Positions 40,626 through 50,194 of a stretch of DNA of 64,000 bases are shown here, one piece after another. The notes under the pieces were generated by a model. The model saw only the letters and a list, made by a program, of their open reading frames with translations, made no database searches and was not told the DNA's origin. Origin of the DNA: an uncultured virus (IMG/VR IMGVR_UViG_2852300590_000011). Lineage: Duplodnaviria; Heunggongvirae; Uroviricota; Caudoviricetes. Positions within the stretch are counted from its first letter, which is position 1. Every line of letters starts with the position of its first letter. The position numbers and the translations under genes are program-made. Location: the IMG/VR virus record IMGVR_UViG_2852300590_000011. One strand, 5' to 3'.

Positions 40626-40649
40626 GTGCGCACAAATAAAATATTAGGC
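40626..40649 (+). other. attI-like site
   Basis: GTGCGCACAAATAAAAT-ATTAGGC resembles the recalled AATAAAATGTTRRRY attI end; TTAGGC is complementary to R'' of the next attC. Confidence 0.5.
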
Positions 40650-40694
40650 CTATACAACACGACAGGCTTTAAGAATGTTGTTCCAAATCTTCCG

Positions 40695-40765
40695 GCCTAA
40701 CAAATCGTTCCAGAGGACTCCGAAAAAGCTACGCTTTTTCTCCCCTCTGAACTCATGCGTTATAT
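40695..40765 (+). other. Integron attC site 1 (71 bp)
   Basis: R'' GCCTAAC, L'' GTTCCAG / L' CTGAAC with one extra base, inner stem GAAAAAGC/GCTTTTTC, R' GTTATAT. Confidence 0.8.
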
Positions 40766-40778
40766 TTAAGAGGCTAGC

Positions 40779-41681
40779 TTGAGCGGTATAAAAATAACTT
40801 TTGCTTATGATAGCAATGGTGTTCGTGTGGATGCAGATTCTTATGGGGATCACTCTATAGCTCATCCTCTCGTATGTCCAGATAAAAACTGTGAAGCGTT
40901 TTTGAAGCATGTGAATGGGTATAAGCGTGAAAGCTACGGCAAACAGCAGTTCATCCCTGCTTTTTACCGATTAGAAAAAGGCTCCGATCATAGTGAGTAT
41001 TGCCGTTACAAATCCTCTGGCAGAGATACAATTGTTGCTGGAGAGTCAGATCATGAAGTTAAAGATGCTCTTGCGAAAGGTGAACTATTGTTTCGTATTC
41101 ATGTAATGGATGCGGAAGAAAAGGAAAAACTAAAAGATAAGGCAGGGGTCTTTCAACAGTTTCCACCGAATGATACGACTAAGCGGAAATATAGAAACCA
41201 AGGACGCAGATCTACTTATGTTCGCACGATGAATAGCCTATTGGAAATCTATAATCATGGGCGTCTTAATTCACAAGATAGAGCAAAGATTAGGCTCATT
41301 ATTGGCGGTAAGTTAGTAAAGTGGACAGATTTCTTTTACTCGACCAATCATCTAGGTAGTCTAAAATTGCGCCTTCATCGAGAGGGAATTGTTCAAGCAG
41401 CCGTTGTAGTTAAAGTAAGTATTGTAGGGCTACCAAATCAAAAACTTGGTGGCTTTTGCTTTATAGAGTGCAGCCCCAAGACTACTGGATTAGGTAAACA
41501 TATATACACGACGTTGAAACTAGCTAAGAGCTTACCAAGTAGTCACTTCTCTTTGAATCAAAACATAATGGTTTTAGGCAAATTTTGCATTCCAGAATCA
41601 AGTGACCGTGTTACTCCATCATATTTAGGTAATGAAATCAGGACATTAATAACTCATACACAGCAAGTGGTGGACATTTGA
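40779..41681 (+). CDS. Cassette-borne 300-aa protein with a putative N-terminal Zn ribbon
   Basis: RBS AAGAGG right after attC1; CPDKNC...HSEYC; stop codon abuts attC2. Confidence 0.8.
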   Translation: MSGIKITFAYDSNGVRVDADSYGDHSIAHPLVCPDKNCEAFLKHVNGYKRESYGKQQFIPAFYRLEKGSDHSEYCRYKSSGRDTIVAGESDHEVKDALAKGELLFRIHVMDAEEKEKLKDKAGVFQQFPPNDTTKRKYRNQGRRSTYVRTMNSLLEIYNHGRLNSQDRAKIRLIIGGKLVKWTDFFYSTNHLGSLKLRLHREGIVQAAVVVKVSIVGLPNQKLGGFCFIECSPKTTGLGKHIYTTLKLAKSLPSSHFSLNQNIMVLGKFCIPESSDRVTPSYLGNEIRTLITHTQQVVDI

Positions 41682-41806
41682 GCATAACAAACTCTTCCAG
41701 AGGAATTTCCAACACATGGCATTTTATTGTACGTTGATTTCGGTGATTTCAGTATTATGCGGAAACTTGGTAGTAATGTTGTCAGCCCCTTAGGCGAGCG
41801 TTATCT
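41682..41806 (+). other. Integron attC site 2 (125 bp, Vibrio repeat-like)
   Basis: GCATAACAAA..TTCCAGAGG..TTCCAAC.C.TGGCATTTT...GTTG....CCCCTTA....GCGTTA matches the recalled length and layout of Vibrio chromosomal attC repeats. Confidence 0.78.
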
Positions 41807-42087
41807 CCATAGAAATTTTAATCTGAAACTGACGAGTTAGAGCAAAGGGTCTACCACGCTTTATATGTCCCGAAGCGAGTTAGGGCAATGACCATTATTC
41901 GCTCGCAGCGGACCTTGTGACCTTGAATTTTGTCCTTTCCGTGCCAGGAGCGGACATTTAATGATTCTAAAAACTATGATGTCGCAGCCCAGTTTTGCCG
42001 ACCGTAGCTTGGCAACAAATGACGTGATTGACTATTTTTGTTTAAACAGAGAAGATTTAAGAATAGCCTCTTAAGGAATAGATTCTC

Positions 42088-43074
42088 ATGTTACGAAAAA
42101 GCATTGAAGCTAAGAAGAGACACCATTATGTTTGGGCGAATTACCTAACGCGCTGGGGTAATGGTACAAAAAATGTTTTCTACACAACCAAGACTGGAAA
42201 GATTGCCTGCGACAGTGTACGTGCAATAGCTGCTGACGACTTTTTCTATAAAACAACAACGCTTACTAGCGAGAACGTTGATATAATTAAGGCCTTCTCT
42301 CGAAAAAGCCCCAACCATCTCCATACTCAACACATTTCCTACCTAGATGACGTCCTTAAACTGCAAAGATTAGAGGCTATGTATAGGGCTTCTGGTAAAC
42401 AAGATCAGGAAGCGGAAGCACTTCTTCATGCCACAAAGTGCAACTTAATGGAGAATCTCCATTCATCTCATGAATTGAAGGCATTATCGATATTAGAAGC
42501 GCTCGCAAATGAAAGGCTTGATATACTTCATGATAAACAGCACATGATTGAATTCATGATGTTCTTTGGTCATCAGATTACGCGTACAAAGCCTTTCAGG
42601 GACGCAGTGTTTAATGCTCAGCCTCGTCGTAATAATCTTGAAATAAAAGTATCCGACACGATTGTTCATGCCTGGTGGTTTATAAGCTACATGTTTGGGA
42701 TGAATATTGGCTGGAGTTTATATTCAAGTCGTAATGAAGATATACATTCATTATTGGTAAACGATACCGGGCTACCTTTCATAACATCAGATAATCCAGT
42801 CGCTAACGTTCACTCATGTGTCTTAGAGACAGATTTTATCGCGCCTGAGTATACTGACTTTTACTACCCAATTTCACCACGCATAGCCTACATCATATGT
42901 AATTCAAAACGATTTTCTCCAGGTGTGAACTATATCGATAAAGATACTGTTGAGAAATTAAATATAAAAATTGCAAACCAAGCCATGGTGCATATTATAG
43001 GAAACACAACAAACGCCCTACTACCTTATAAAAAACGCCTGGGTTTAAGATATAAAAAAAGGCCTCTTTTTTAA
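42088..43074 (+). CDS. DUF4238-family protein (candidate anti-phage)
   Basis: N-terminal HHYVW..YL..W and FITSDNPV...YYPISP..A signatures. Confidence 0.82.
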   Translation: MLRKSIEAKKRHHYVWANYLTRWGNGTKNVFYTTKTGKIACDSVRAIAADDFFYKTTTLTSENVDIIKAFSRKSPNHLHTQHISYLDDVLKLQRLEAMYRASGKQDQEAEALLHATKCNLMENLHSSHELKALSILEALANERLDILHDKQHMIEFMMFFGHQITRTKPFRDAVFNAQPRRNNLEIKVSDTIVHAWWFISYMFGMNIGWSLYSSRNEDIHSLLVNDTGLPFITSDNPVANVHSCVLETDFIAPEYTDFYYPISPRIAYIICNSKRFSPGVNYIDKDTVEKLNIKIANQAMVHIIGNTTNALLPYKKRLGLRYKKRPLF

Positions 43075-43356
43075 GATGGTATGTTTTTATATAAAGTTAA
43101 ATATAAGCATCAACCTTAAATTCATTCATCGCAACATTGTACCAATGTCCGCTTATCGCTCAGAGCAGACCTAAAATCGTTCTGAGTGATGAGTGCCAAA
43201 AGATGATATTGCTAACACCGTCATGTGTTGATTAAAAAGGAAAGTGCCAATGCTTTGAAGAAAGTACAAGAAGACAATTTAATGGGGTAGACCAGTAAAC
43301 TAATAACCAATTATCGATTGCTGATCTTACAGAAGCTCACTAAAAGAGTTTGAGTG

Positions 43357-43734
43357 CTAGCGTTGTACAATCCGATCGTTGGAATCCAACCACATTCCAT
43401 CAGACAAATACACCATTTCCCCAGAATCATTTGTTACCTGTAGGTCATGGTAAATTGAAGTAAGTTCGTTTTCGGGCGAAGGCGCAATATCGTCGTTTCC
43501 AAAAATCATATCTTGGTATTGCGACCAGTTTTGGTGAATTTCGAAATACATATCAACATCATAATCCTGCATTCTTAGTTCATCATCTGAAGTTATATTC
43601 AACGTCTTTTTGAGACCGATAATGTTAAAAATCCATTTCTTACCACTTTTAATGAAGTATGCTCCCGTGTAAGCCTCTTGGTCTGGTACTGCCTCATAAC
43701 CTAAACTCAAAGATAACTGTATCTGTTCTGCCAA
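43357..43734 (-). CDS. Hypothetical acidic protein (start uncertain)
   Basis: Frame open upstream (..YGWKKPFTLAEQ) but has no ATG; C-terminal YLSDGMWL. Confidence 0.55.
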   Translation of the reverse strand: MAEQIQLSLSLGYEAVPDQEAYTGAYFIKSGKKWIFNIIGLKKTLNITSDDELRMQDYDVDMYFEIHQNWSQYQDMIFGNDDIAPSPENELTSIYHDLQVTNDSGEMVYLSDGMWLDSNDRIVQR

Positions 43735-44235
43735 TGTAAAGGGCTTTTTCCATCCATACTTGTTTACCTGTTTACTGTACGAAAACGATATAATAAAGCA
43801 TTATTGATAACCATGACCTAAGTAAACTTAACTAAATATGTATTATAAGGTCATTTATTCCCAGAATAAGATCCACTCCTTTCTCAAAGCTGATAATCAG
43901 ATTTAATCTATTGCATAATAAATTGTTATTTTGTTTTTTTTAAATATTCACTACATTAGTATAGTGAAAAATATTCAAATTAAATAAAAATCCCTAATTT
44001 ATTTTCAGTGTGAATTATTTTAATTAAATTTTTACTTTCTATTATTTAATATAAATCATAGGTTTGAATGCTTGATATCAAGCTTGATAAGCACTCAATC
44101 ATTAAAGTATCTTCCCCAAAACCACCCTAATCCAAACTAAAAATCAACCAGTTACATACAAACCAAGATCACATAAAAATTATCACCTCAATAAATATAG
44201 TTTATTTAATAAGTTACCTAATTATTATAGGTATA

Positions 44236-44349
44236 ATGTTACGCCTCATGGGTTAGACAGAAGCCGCTGACTTTATCATTAAAGGTATGGACGGCGCTAA
44301 ATTGCTGAAATGTAGCGAGTTCGGTGACGCGATTATCAAAGATATGTAA
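44236..44349 (+). pseudogene. icd: Second, decayed icd 3'-end duplicate
   Basis: Same sequence as 39427 with an internal TAG and a 51-bp deletion between ATGGA repeats; IHF-consensus AATCAACCAGTTA at 44142-44154. Confidence 0.9.
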
Positions 44350-44645
44350 TTGTTGATTTGATAAATAGTTAACGGTAGCTTATTAGTTCCCGTTTTTTAT
44401 TAATGTTTTTTTACAATAATAAATAACATACTCATATAGAGAATTGTATTTAAATAGCCAAAGTTAGCAAAAGTGAATAAATCTCAACAGACATTAAGCT
44501 AAATATAAAATATGAGTGAATAAACAATAAGGTATTTATTTTGGTGAAAAATATAACAGAAAATAATCTGCAAATGGCATGATAAAGAAGCCGAAGTTTA
44601 TCAATTGCAGATTATCTGATGCTTAAAAATATAACCAAATAAAAA

Positions 44646-45773
44646 TTAACAGGTAATGGTTACCCACTCTTTTCCACGAGTATTGTTATAACGATCAGTT
44701 TGTAAACGTGTGGTATGGCCTAATAAGGCTTGGGTATCAATACCTTGTTTTCGGTATAAACGTTCAGATAAAGAACGTTGCTCATGAAATGTTGCAGGTG
44801 TTCCTTCTCCCCAATCAATATCCGTTTTATTTCTCGCCTTTTTAAAATTAGTCGTTAACGTATTTGCAGTAACTTGTTCGCCACGTTTAGATTGTGAAGT
44901 AGTTCGATGATAATGAACTAAATAATGGCTTACAATACGATCACGACATCGTTCAATAACTTCTTTAAGAGATACATTAATAGCTTGATTACGTAAAGAA
45001 AGTGGTATTGCTACTTTTGATCCTGTTTTACTTTGTATGATGTGCAAATGATCATCCCAAATATCTTGAAAACGCATACGTGAGATATCACTAACTCGCT
45101 GACCCGTCACAATGGCAAGTAGCATTGCATTTCCCATATAACGATGTTGTTTATCGGCAATATCATAAATTTTATGCCATTCATCTAGAGTGAGTCTTTG
45201 GCGCCTGATCCGTGTTCTTGGCCTTTTCGTTGCTAGAGCAGGGTTATATCCGGGAGGAACCTCTCCAGCATGTTGCGCTTCTTTAAAAATATCACTAAAA
45301 ACCGATCTTACAACTTGAGCCATACGCATTTGACCTATTGCTTTGTATTCATCAATAATACTGACTAGATCACGAGTACCTATATTTGCTAATGGATATA
45401 AAGCCAATTTTTGACGCATCAGATCTATAGGTTTTTTCTTTTGTTTATATGTAGCAAGTTTTATCTCACCTTGTGATAAACGTTCTTTTTGAATATTCCA
45501 ATAGCGATCTAACCATGTAGAAACAGAGATAGATTGATCTTTCATAGTAGCAACTCTATCACCAATGATTAAAATTTGGCGTGTTCTTTGTTCTGCTATA
45601 CGGTTATTGGCTTCAAGAGCTATCTGTTTAGCTTGTGCTTCATCATCTCCTAATGAATGAAATTTTCCTGAAATTGGGTGACGGTATCGCCAATATATCT
45701 TTTTCATCCTTGGATGATATATTGAATATAAATTGGGTATATCAATATTCTTTTTATGAAGTCGTCCGCTCAT
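44646..45773 (-). CDS. int: Tyrosine integrase, paralogue of int1
   Basis: Same length (375 aa) and motifs TGQR, HEQRSL, LLGH...Y. Confidence 0.95.
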   Translation of the reverse strand: MSGRLHKKNIDIPNLYSIYHPRMKKIYWRYRHPISGKFHSLGDDEAQAKQIALEANNRIAEQRTRQILIIGDRVATMKDQSISVSTWLDRYWNIQKERLSQGEIKLATYKQKKKPIDLMRQKLALYPLANIGTRDLVSIIDEYKAIGQMRMAQVVRSVFSDIFKEAQHAGEVPPGYNPALATKRPRTRIRRQRLTLDEWHKIYDIADKQHRYMGNAMLLAIVTGQRVSDISRMRFQDIWDDHLHIIQSKTGSKVAIPLSLRNQAINVSLKEVIERCRDRIVSHYLVHYHRTTSQSKRGEQVTANTLTTNFKKARNKTDIDWGEGTPATFHEQRSLSERLYRKQGIDTQALLGHTTRLQTDRYNNTRGKEWVTITC

Positions 45774-46011
45774 CTTTTAATATTTTCCTTAATATAGGGT
45801 CATCGAATGTTTTGATGGAAGGAGTGGCAACTATACCAACTAAATCAGCATCTTCTTTGACTCGCCATAATCGGCCCTCTTTCCTTGCAGGGGGACAAAA
45901 ATAACCTAATCGTGCATATTTATTTAATGTTGTTAGAGAAGGTGGATTACTTTTATATCGTTTATCCGACCATTCCTTTAATGTTAATACTTTCATAATA
46001 CATCCTTGCAT
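45754..46011 (-). CDS. xis: Excisionase
   Basis: LTLKEWS..RY...P...TL..YAR.G...PPARKEG.LWRV. Confidence 0.87.
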   Translation of the reverse strand: MQGCIMKVLTLKEWSDKRYKSNPPSLTTLNKYARLGYFCPPARKEGRLWRVKEDADLVGIVATPSIKTFDDPILRKILKDERTTS

Positions 46012-46253
46012 AATAAAAATTAGTTAATAAGTATTAATTTACATTTAAATAAAAAAATAATGAAATTTATTTGACAACTAATAAATAGTATTATTTTCTA
46101 TCGAATATATATTTCCTTTTGCATTGTTAATAAGAGAGATGTTTGTTAATAGATAATTATTGTACCTGATGTTTATATTATTACAATAACCATGTAATGG
46201 GAAGTACATATTGAGCTGAAATGAGCCAGCTCAATAAACTAAAATAAAGAAGA

Positions 46254-46913
46254 TTAGAGAGTCTGAATAATTTGTATTACATAACCAATAATTTGATAAT
46301 CATCAGTAAATAATATTGGGGTAAAGGCTGTGTTTAATGAAATTAAATAAAATTGTGGTGGTTCATGGATAAACTTTTTAATAACGATGTCATTAGTAAT
46401 AATATTTTTAGCGATAATTATTTTTCCATATAACTCTATCTTATTCTTGAATGATGGTTCGATAATAACGGTTGAACCTTTAGGGATTGAAGGAAGTGAA
46501 TAGGGGTTTGTCATAGATTCGCCTTGGTAAATTAACCCATATGCTTGTTCAGATACGGGTACTGTTGCACAGCACCAATGCTGAATATCGCTTAATCTTA
46601 ATGTATCGTAACGTGCTTTCCAATCAGCTGCTTGTTCAAGCGTGATAATGGGTATTTTCTTAATATTCACTGTCTTGCGAGTTATAATTAATGCATCTGC
46701 TTCTGATGAGTTTCCCCCGTAAAGTAACCATTCAGGAGAGACTTCAAGGACTTTGGCTAATGCCTGTAAATTTTCTCCATCCGGTTCTGTAACTCGTGTT
46801 TCCCACTTTGTAATAGAAACTCGGCTTACACTTAACATCTTTGCTAGAGCTTCTTGTGTTAATGACAATTGTAAACGGCGTTCTTTAATTCTTATGTGCA
46901 TTTTATTTCTCAT
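46254..46913 (-). CDS. CI-like repressor (HTH plus S24)
   Basis: HTH LTQEALA...VSRVSITKWE; GESM and IKK motifs. Confidence 0.85.
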   Translation of the reverse strand: MRNKMHIRIKERRLQLSLTQEALAKMLSVSRVSITKWETRVTEPDGENLQALAKVLEVSPEWLLYGGNSSEADALIITRKTVNIKKIPIITLEQAADWKARYDTLRLSDIQHWCCATVPVSEQAYGLIYQGESMTNPYSLPSIPKGSTVIIEPSFKNKIELYGKIIIAKNIITNDIVIKKFIHEPPQFYLISLNTAFTPILFTDDYQIIGYVIQIIQTL

Positions 46914-47231
46914 GTAATTTATGTTTCCTTTTTTTTAGGTAAAAAGTATTTGCGTACTCTTTGTCTATTTGTTAATTTTAATTACCCAAACGGATAACTT
47001 ATTAATTTAAGTGATATGCATATAATATAAATTAATTATATTAATTCGAATGACTATAGTTTTAGTATTAATAAAATGCTTACTATTTTAGTCATGATTA
47101 AATTTAATAAAATAGAATATTTTACAAAACACTAACGGAATTACCATCTTTTGTTATTTTTTCAATTAAATTATTTTTAATTTAATGCTTTTTGGCATTT
47201 AGAAAGAATAAAGAGAAAAGGAGTTCAGCAT

Positions 47232-48305
47232 ATGAAATCATTAATTATAAAATCTCGACCTCAGATAGTGATACCAGAATTAGCTGTCAAAATTGGATTG
47301 CATGAAGCTTTAGTATTGCAACAATTGCATTATTGGATAACAGAAACTAAGTCTGGTATTGAACATGATGGGCGACGATGGATTTACAATACACTATCTA
47401 ATTGGCAATTACAGTTTCCATACTTATCAGTATCAACGCTCAAACGGGCATTTGCTCAGTTACGTATTTCTGGCTTGATTGAGGTAAAACAACTCAATAA
47501 ACATCTTCATGATCGTACAAATTTTTATAGTATCAATTATCAACATAAGATCTTGCAAATAGAAGAAGATGAAAAGAAAAGTTTGAATGAAGGTAATTAT
47601 GCCAATAAAACAACAATAAAACCGTTCGATGAGCCCAAATCGAAACAATGGACAGGTGTAACAAATCTATCTCAGAGTAGTTCAAATAGAGCCCTTCTTA
47701 CAGAGAGTACAACAAAGATAACTACAGAGAGTAACAATAAAAGATCTCGGTCAGTTTGCTCGTTTTCAAGTCCTGAACGTCCAGAAATAGAAATTATCCG
47801 TTATTTTAACAAAGTGACTCACTCCCATTACCGTGAGTGTCAGACGACGTTAGGATATATCCGTGCAAGATTAGCTGATGGTTTTCATTTCGAAGAATTG
47901 ATATTAATAATCGATTATTTAACAGCTAAATGGCTCAATGATAATAATATGCAGGACTATTTAAGGCCTAAAACATTATTTCATAAAAATAATTGTACTG
48001 AATATCTTGATAAAGCGAAGAAATGGCATTTAAAAGGGAGGCCAGCATATCGAAATGGGCAATGTTTAAAACCCGGGGAAATACCGATTGAAATTGATTA
48101 TGCAGAAAGAGACAGTACGTTTAATTTACTATTTAGCTCAGCGTGGAAGCCCAAAACAGCACTTCAAATTCTAGCTAAAAAAATGGCTTTACAGCGTGGT
48201 TTAGGGCATATGCATATTCACAAGGCTAGGTCTGTTTGGAAAGAAATTTGGTATCAGTCGGCTCAATTAATTGCTCGTTCAACAATTACAGATAAGATCG
48301 CATAA
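47232..48305 (+). CDS. Phage replication protein
   Basis: N-terminus homologous to the 7482 protein; YLRPKTLF C-terminal domain. Confidence 0.85.
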   Translation: MKSLIIKSRPQIVIPELAVKIGLHEALVLQQLHYWITETKSGIEHDGRRWIYNTLSNWQLQFPYLSVSTLKRAFAQLRISGLIEVKQLNKHLHDRTNFYSINYQHKILQIEEDEKKSLNEGNYANKTTIKPFDEPKSKQWTGVTNLSQSSSNRALLTESTTKITTESNNKRSRSVCSFSSPERPEIEIIRYFNKVTHSHYRECQTTLGYIRARLADGFHFEELILIIDYLTAKWLNDNNMQDYLRPKTLFHKNNCTEYLDKAKKWHLKGRPAYRNGQCLKPGEIPIEIDYAERDSTFNLLFSSAWKPKTALQILAKKMALQRGLGHMHIHKARSVWKEIWYQSAQLIARSTITDKIA

Positions 48306-48317
48306 GGTAGTGGTGAT

Positions 48318-48716
48318 ATGAGAGATATACAACAAGTATTAGAACGATGGGGAGCTTGGGCCTCGGATGTACAAAGTGGAGTAGATTATTCTCATATTGC
48401 AGCAGGTTTTAAGGGTGTTTTACCTTATCAATCATCTTCAAGGATAAGTTGTTGTGATGATGATGGTATGATTATTGACGCTACAATAGCGCGATTACAA
48501 CAATTGAGAAGAGAAGAAGAATTGAATGCGCTTATTTTACATTATATATATCAGTGCTCTAAAAGAAGCATTGCAAGACGTTGGAAGGTGAGTGAAAGCC
48601 GTGTACGTCAGATTATACAGATTGCAGAAGGTTTTGTAGAAGGTGGTTTGGCGATGTTAGATTCAGGATTAGTCATGGATCATGAAGTTGCTTGTAATAA
48701 AAAACAGGTTAAATAA
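48318..48716 (+). CDS. Q: Late antiterminator Q
   Basis: MRDIQQVLERWGAWA...DYS.IAAGFKG...CCDDDG. Confidence 0.88.
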   Translation: MRDIQQVLERWGAWASDVQSGVDYSHIAAGFKGVLPYQSSSRISCCDDDGMIIDATIARLQQLRREEELNALILHYIYQCSKRSIARRWKVSESRVRQIIQIAEGFVEGGLAMLDSGLVMDHEVACNKKQVK

Positions 48717-48937
48717 AAAAGTATTAACGCGCTACGCAAATTAACTGTTATTCTAATAAAAATAAAGATATTTTTCTGGGTTATATATATTGTAAAAATA
48801 TAGCCTTAAGTGATTAAATATAATATTTTATATAAATTAATATTTTTATTGCTAACCTTGTTAAGTAATGCTTAATTTTAAATTTTCTAATTTTTATGAT
48901 ATAAACTTATGCAGTCATCTTAAATGTTAGAGTTATT

Positions 48938-49198
48938 ATGGTACCTAAAAGATTAAAGGCTGCAAGGGCAAGAGTTGCATTAACTCAAGAAGAGTTAGGT
49001 ATTTTAGCTGGGATTGATGAAGAATCAGCTAAAATTAGAGTGTGTCAATATGAGTCTGGTACACACCGCCCAAACTTTGAAACTATTTGCCGATTTTCCA
49101 AAATATTAAAAGTTCCAGAAAATTATTTTTATACTTTAAATGATGAATTCGCGGAAGAGTTAATAAATATTTATAATAATAAATATAATTGCTCTTAA
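48938..49198 (+). CDS. XRE-family HTH regulator
   Basis: RLKAAR....LTQEELG..AG.D......R..QYESG.H.P.F. Confidence 0.85.
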   Translation: MVPKRLKAARARVALTQEELGILAGIDEESAKIRVCQYESGTHRPNFETICRFSKILKVPENYFYTLNDEFAEELINIYNNKYNCS

Positions 49199-49352
49199 AT
49201 ATTATCTAGAGAGATTATACATGTTTTGTTACTTTATTATATAAATAAAGAGATTACATGAATAACTTAAACTTATTATGTGCTATTTAAAATAGGAGGT
49301 AAAATATTTTATAAATACACTATTGTTTTTAATATAATACTAAAGTCTAATT

Positions 49353-49613
49353 ATGGTTCCTTTTAGGTTAAGATATGCCCGTAAAATGGCAAAATTAACT
49401 CAGACAAGATTAGGTACTCTGGCCGGAATGGATGTAGCTAGTGCTCGTTCAAGAATTTCGCAATACGAGTCTGGACTACATAAACCAAGTTTCGAAGTTG
49501 TGTGTAAACTAGCCAAAATACTTAACTTGCCTGAATGTTATTTTTATACCGTTAATGATTATTTAGCGGAAGATATAATGAAATTATATCGTGAAAAATA
49601 TAATAAGCAATAA
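49353..49613 (+). CDS. XRE-family HTH regulator (paralogue of 48938)
   Basis: Same 86-aa length and motif. Confidence 0.85.
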   Translation: MVPFRLRYARKMAKLTQTRLGTLAGMDVASARSRISQYESGLHKPSFEVVCKLAKILNLPECYFYTVNDYLAEDIMKLYREKYNKQ

Positions 49614-49615
49614 GC

Positions 49616-49888
49616 TTATAATTCATCTTTATTATTTATATTTTTATGTCTTAATTTACGAATAATTTGATTTCCTTTTTCATCAAAGTACCGTTCAGGC
49701 CATATTGTTGATGGAGGTATATCAAGTTCTTTAGCAATAATTTGCTCTCCTTTTGGCCATGGACGGGACAACGCGTTAGATAGAGTCGATGAGCTTAAAC
49801 CTGCAGCTCTGGAAACTTCTGCTAGTGTTGTCCCTTTTTTCTTTAAAGAAGCAATAATATCAGCCGGATGCCAGTTTTTATTAATCAT
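49616..49888 (-). CDS. Ner/SfsB(Nlp)-family DNA-binding protein
   Basis: WHPADIIA.L.K.GT.LA..SR.AGLSSSTL.NAL.RPWPKGE..IA...IWP.RY. Confidence 0.9.
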   Translation of the reverse strand: MINKNWHPADIIASLKKKGTTLAEVSRAAGLSSSTLSNALSRPWPKGEQIIAKELDIPPSTIWPERYFDEKGNQIIRKLRHKNINNKDEL

Positions 49889-50194
49889 AAGATATCCATA
49901 TAGATTGGTTTAAAGTATATTGATGAAAGTAAAATGTTAATATATCGGTTAACATTTTTCATTTTAAATAATTGTTATATTTTTTTAAATGAAGTAATTC
50001 CTATTTTTAAATGTAACCGGTTAGTATTTCCATTTATAAAATATATTAAATATATAAATTAATATTTTTATTTTTACAATTATCAGCAGGGTTATTTATT
50101 TAAAAATAATCTGACAAAAAAGACTTGCTGTTTATATGATGACGAGTTACACCTTTATATATATTCATATTTCTACACTAAAGGGTAAAATGTC

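Larger units (their letters stand above)
39592..44235. mobile_element. Integrase-less element or prophage remnant between two icd att copies
   Basis: Bounded by icd fragments; TTCCCCAAAAC arm-type repeats near both ends (39659-39693, 44112-44122); tail-gene relic; accessory cargo. Confidence 0.75.
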
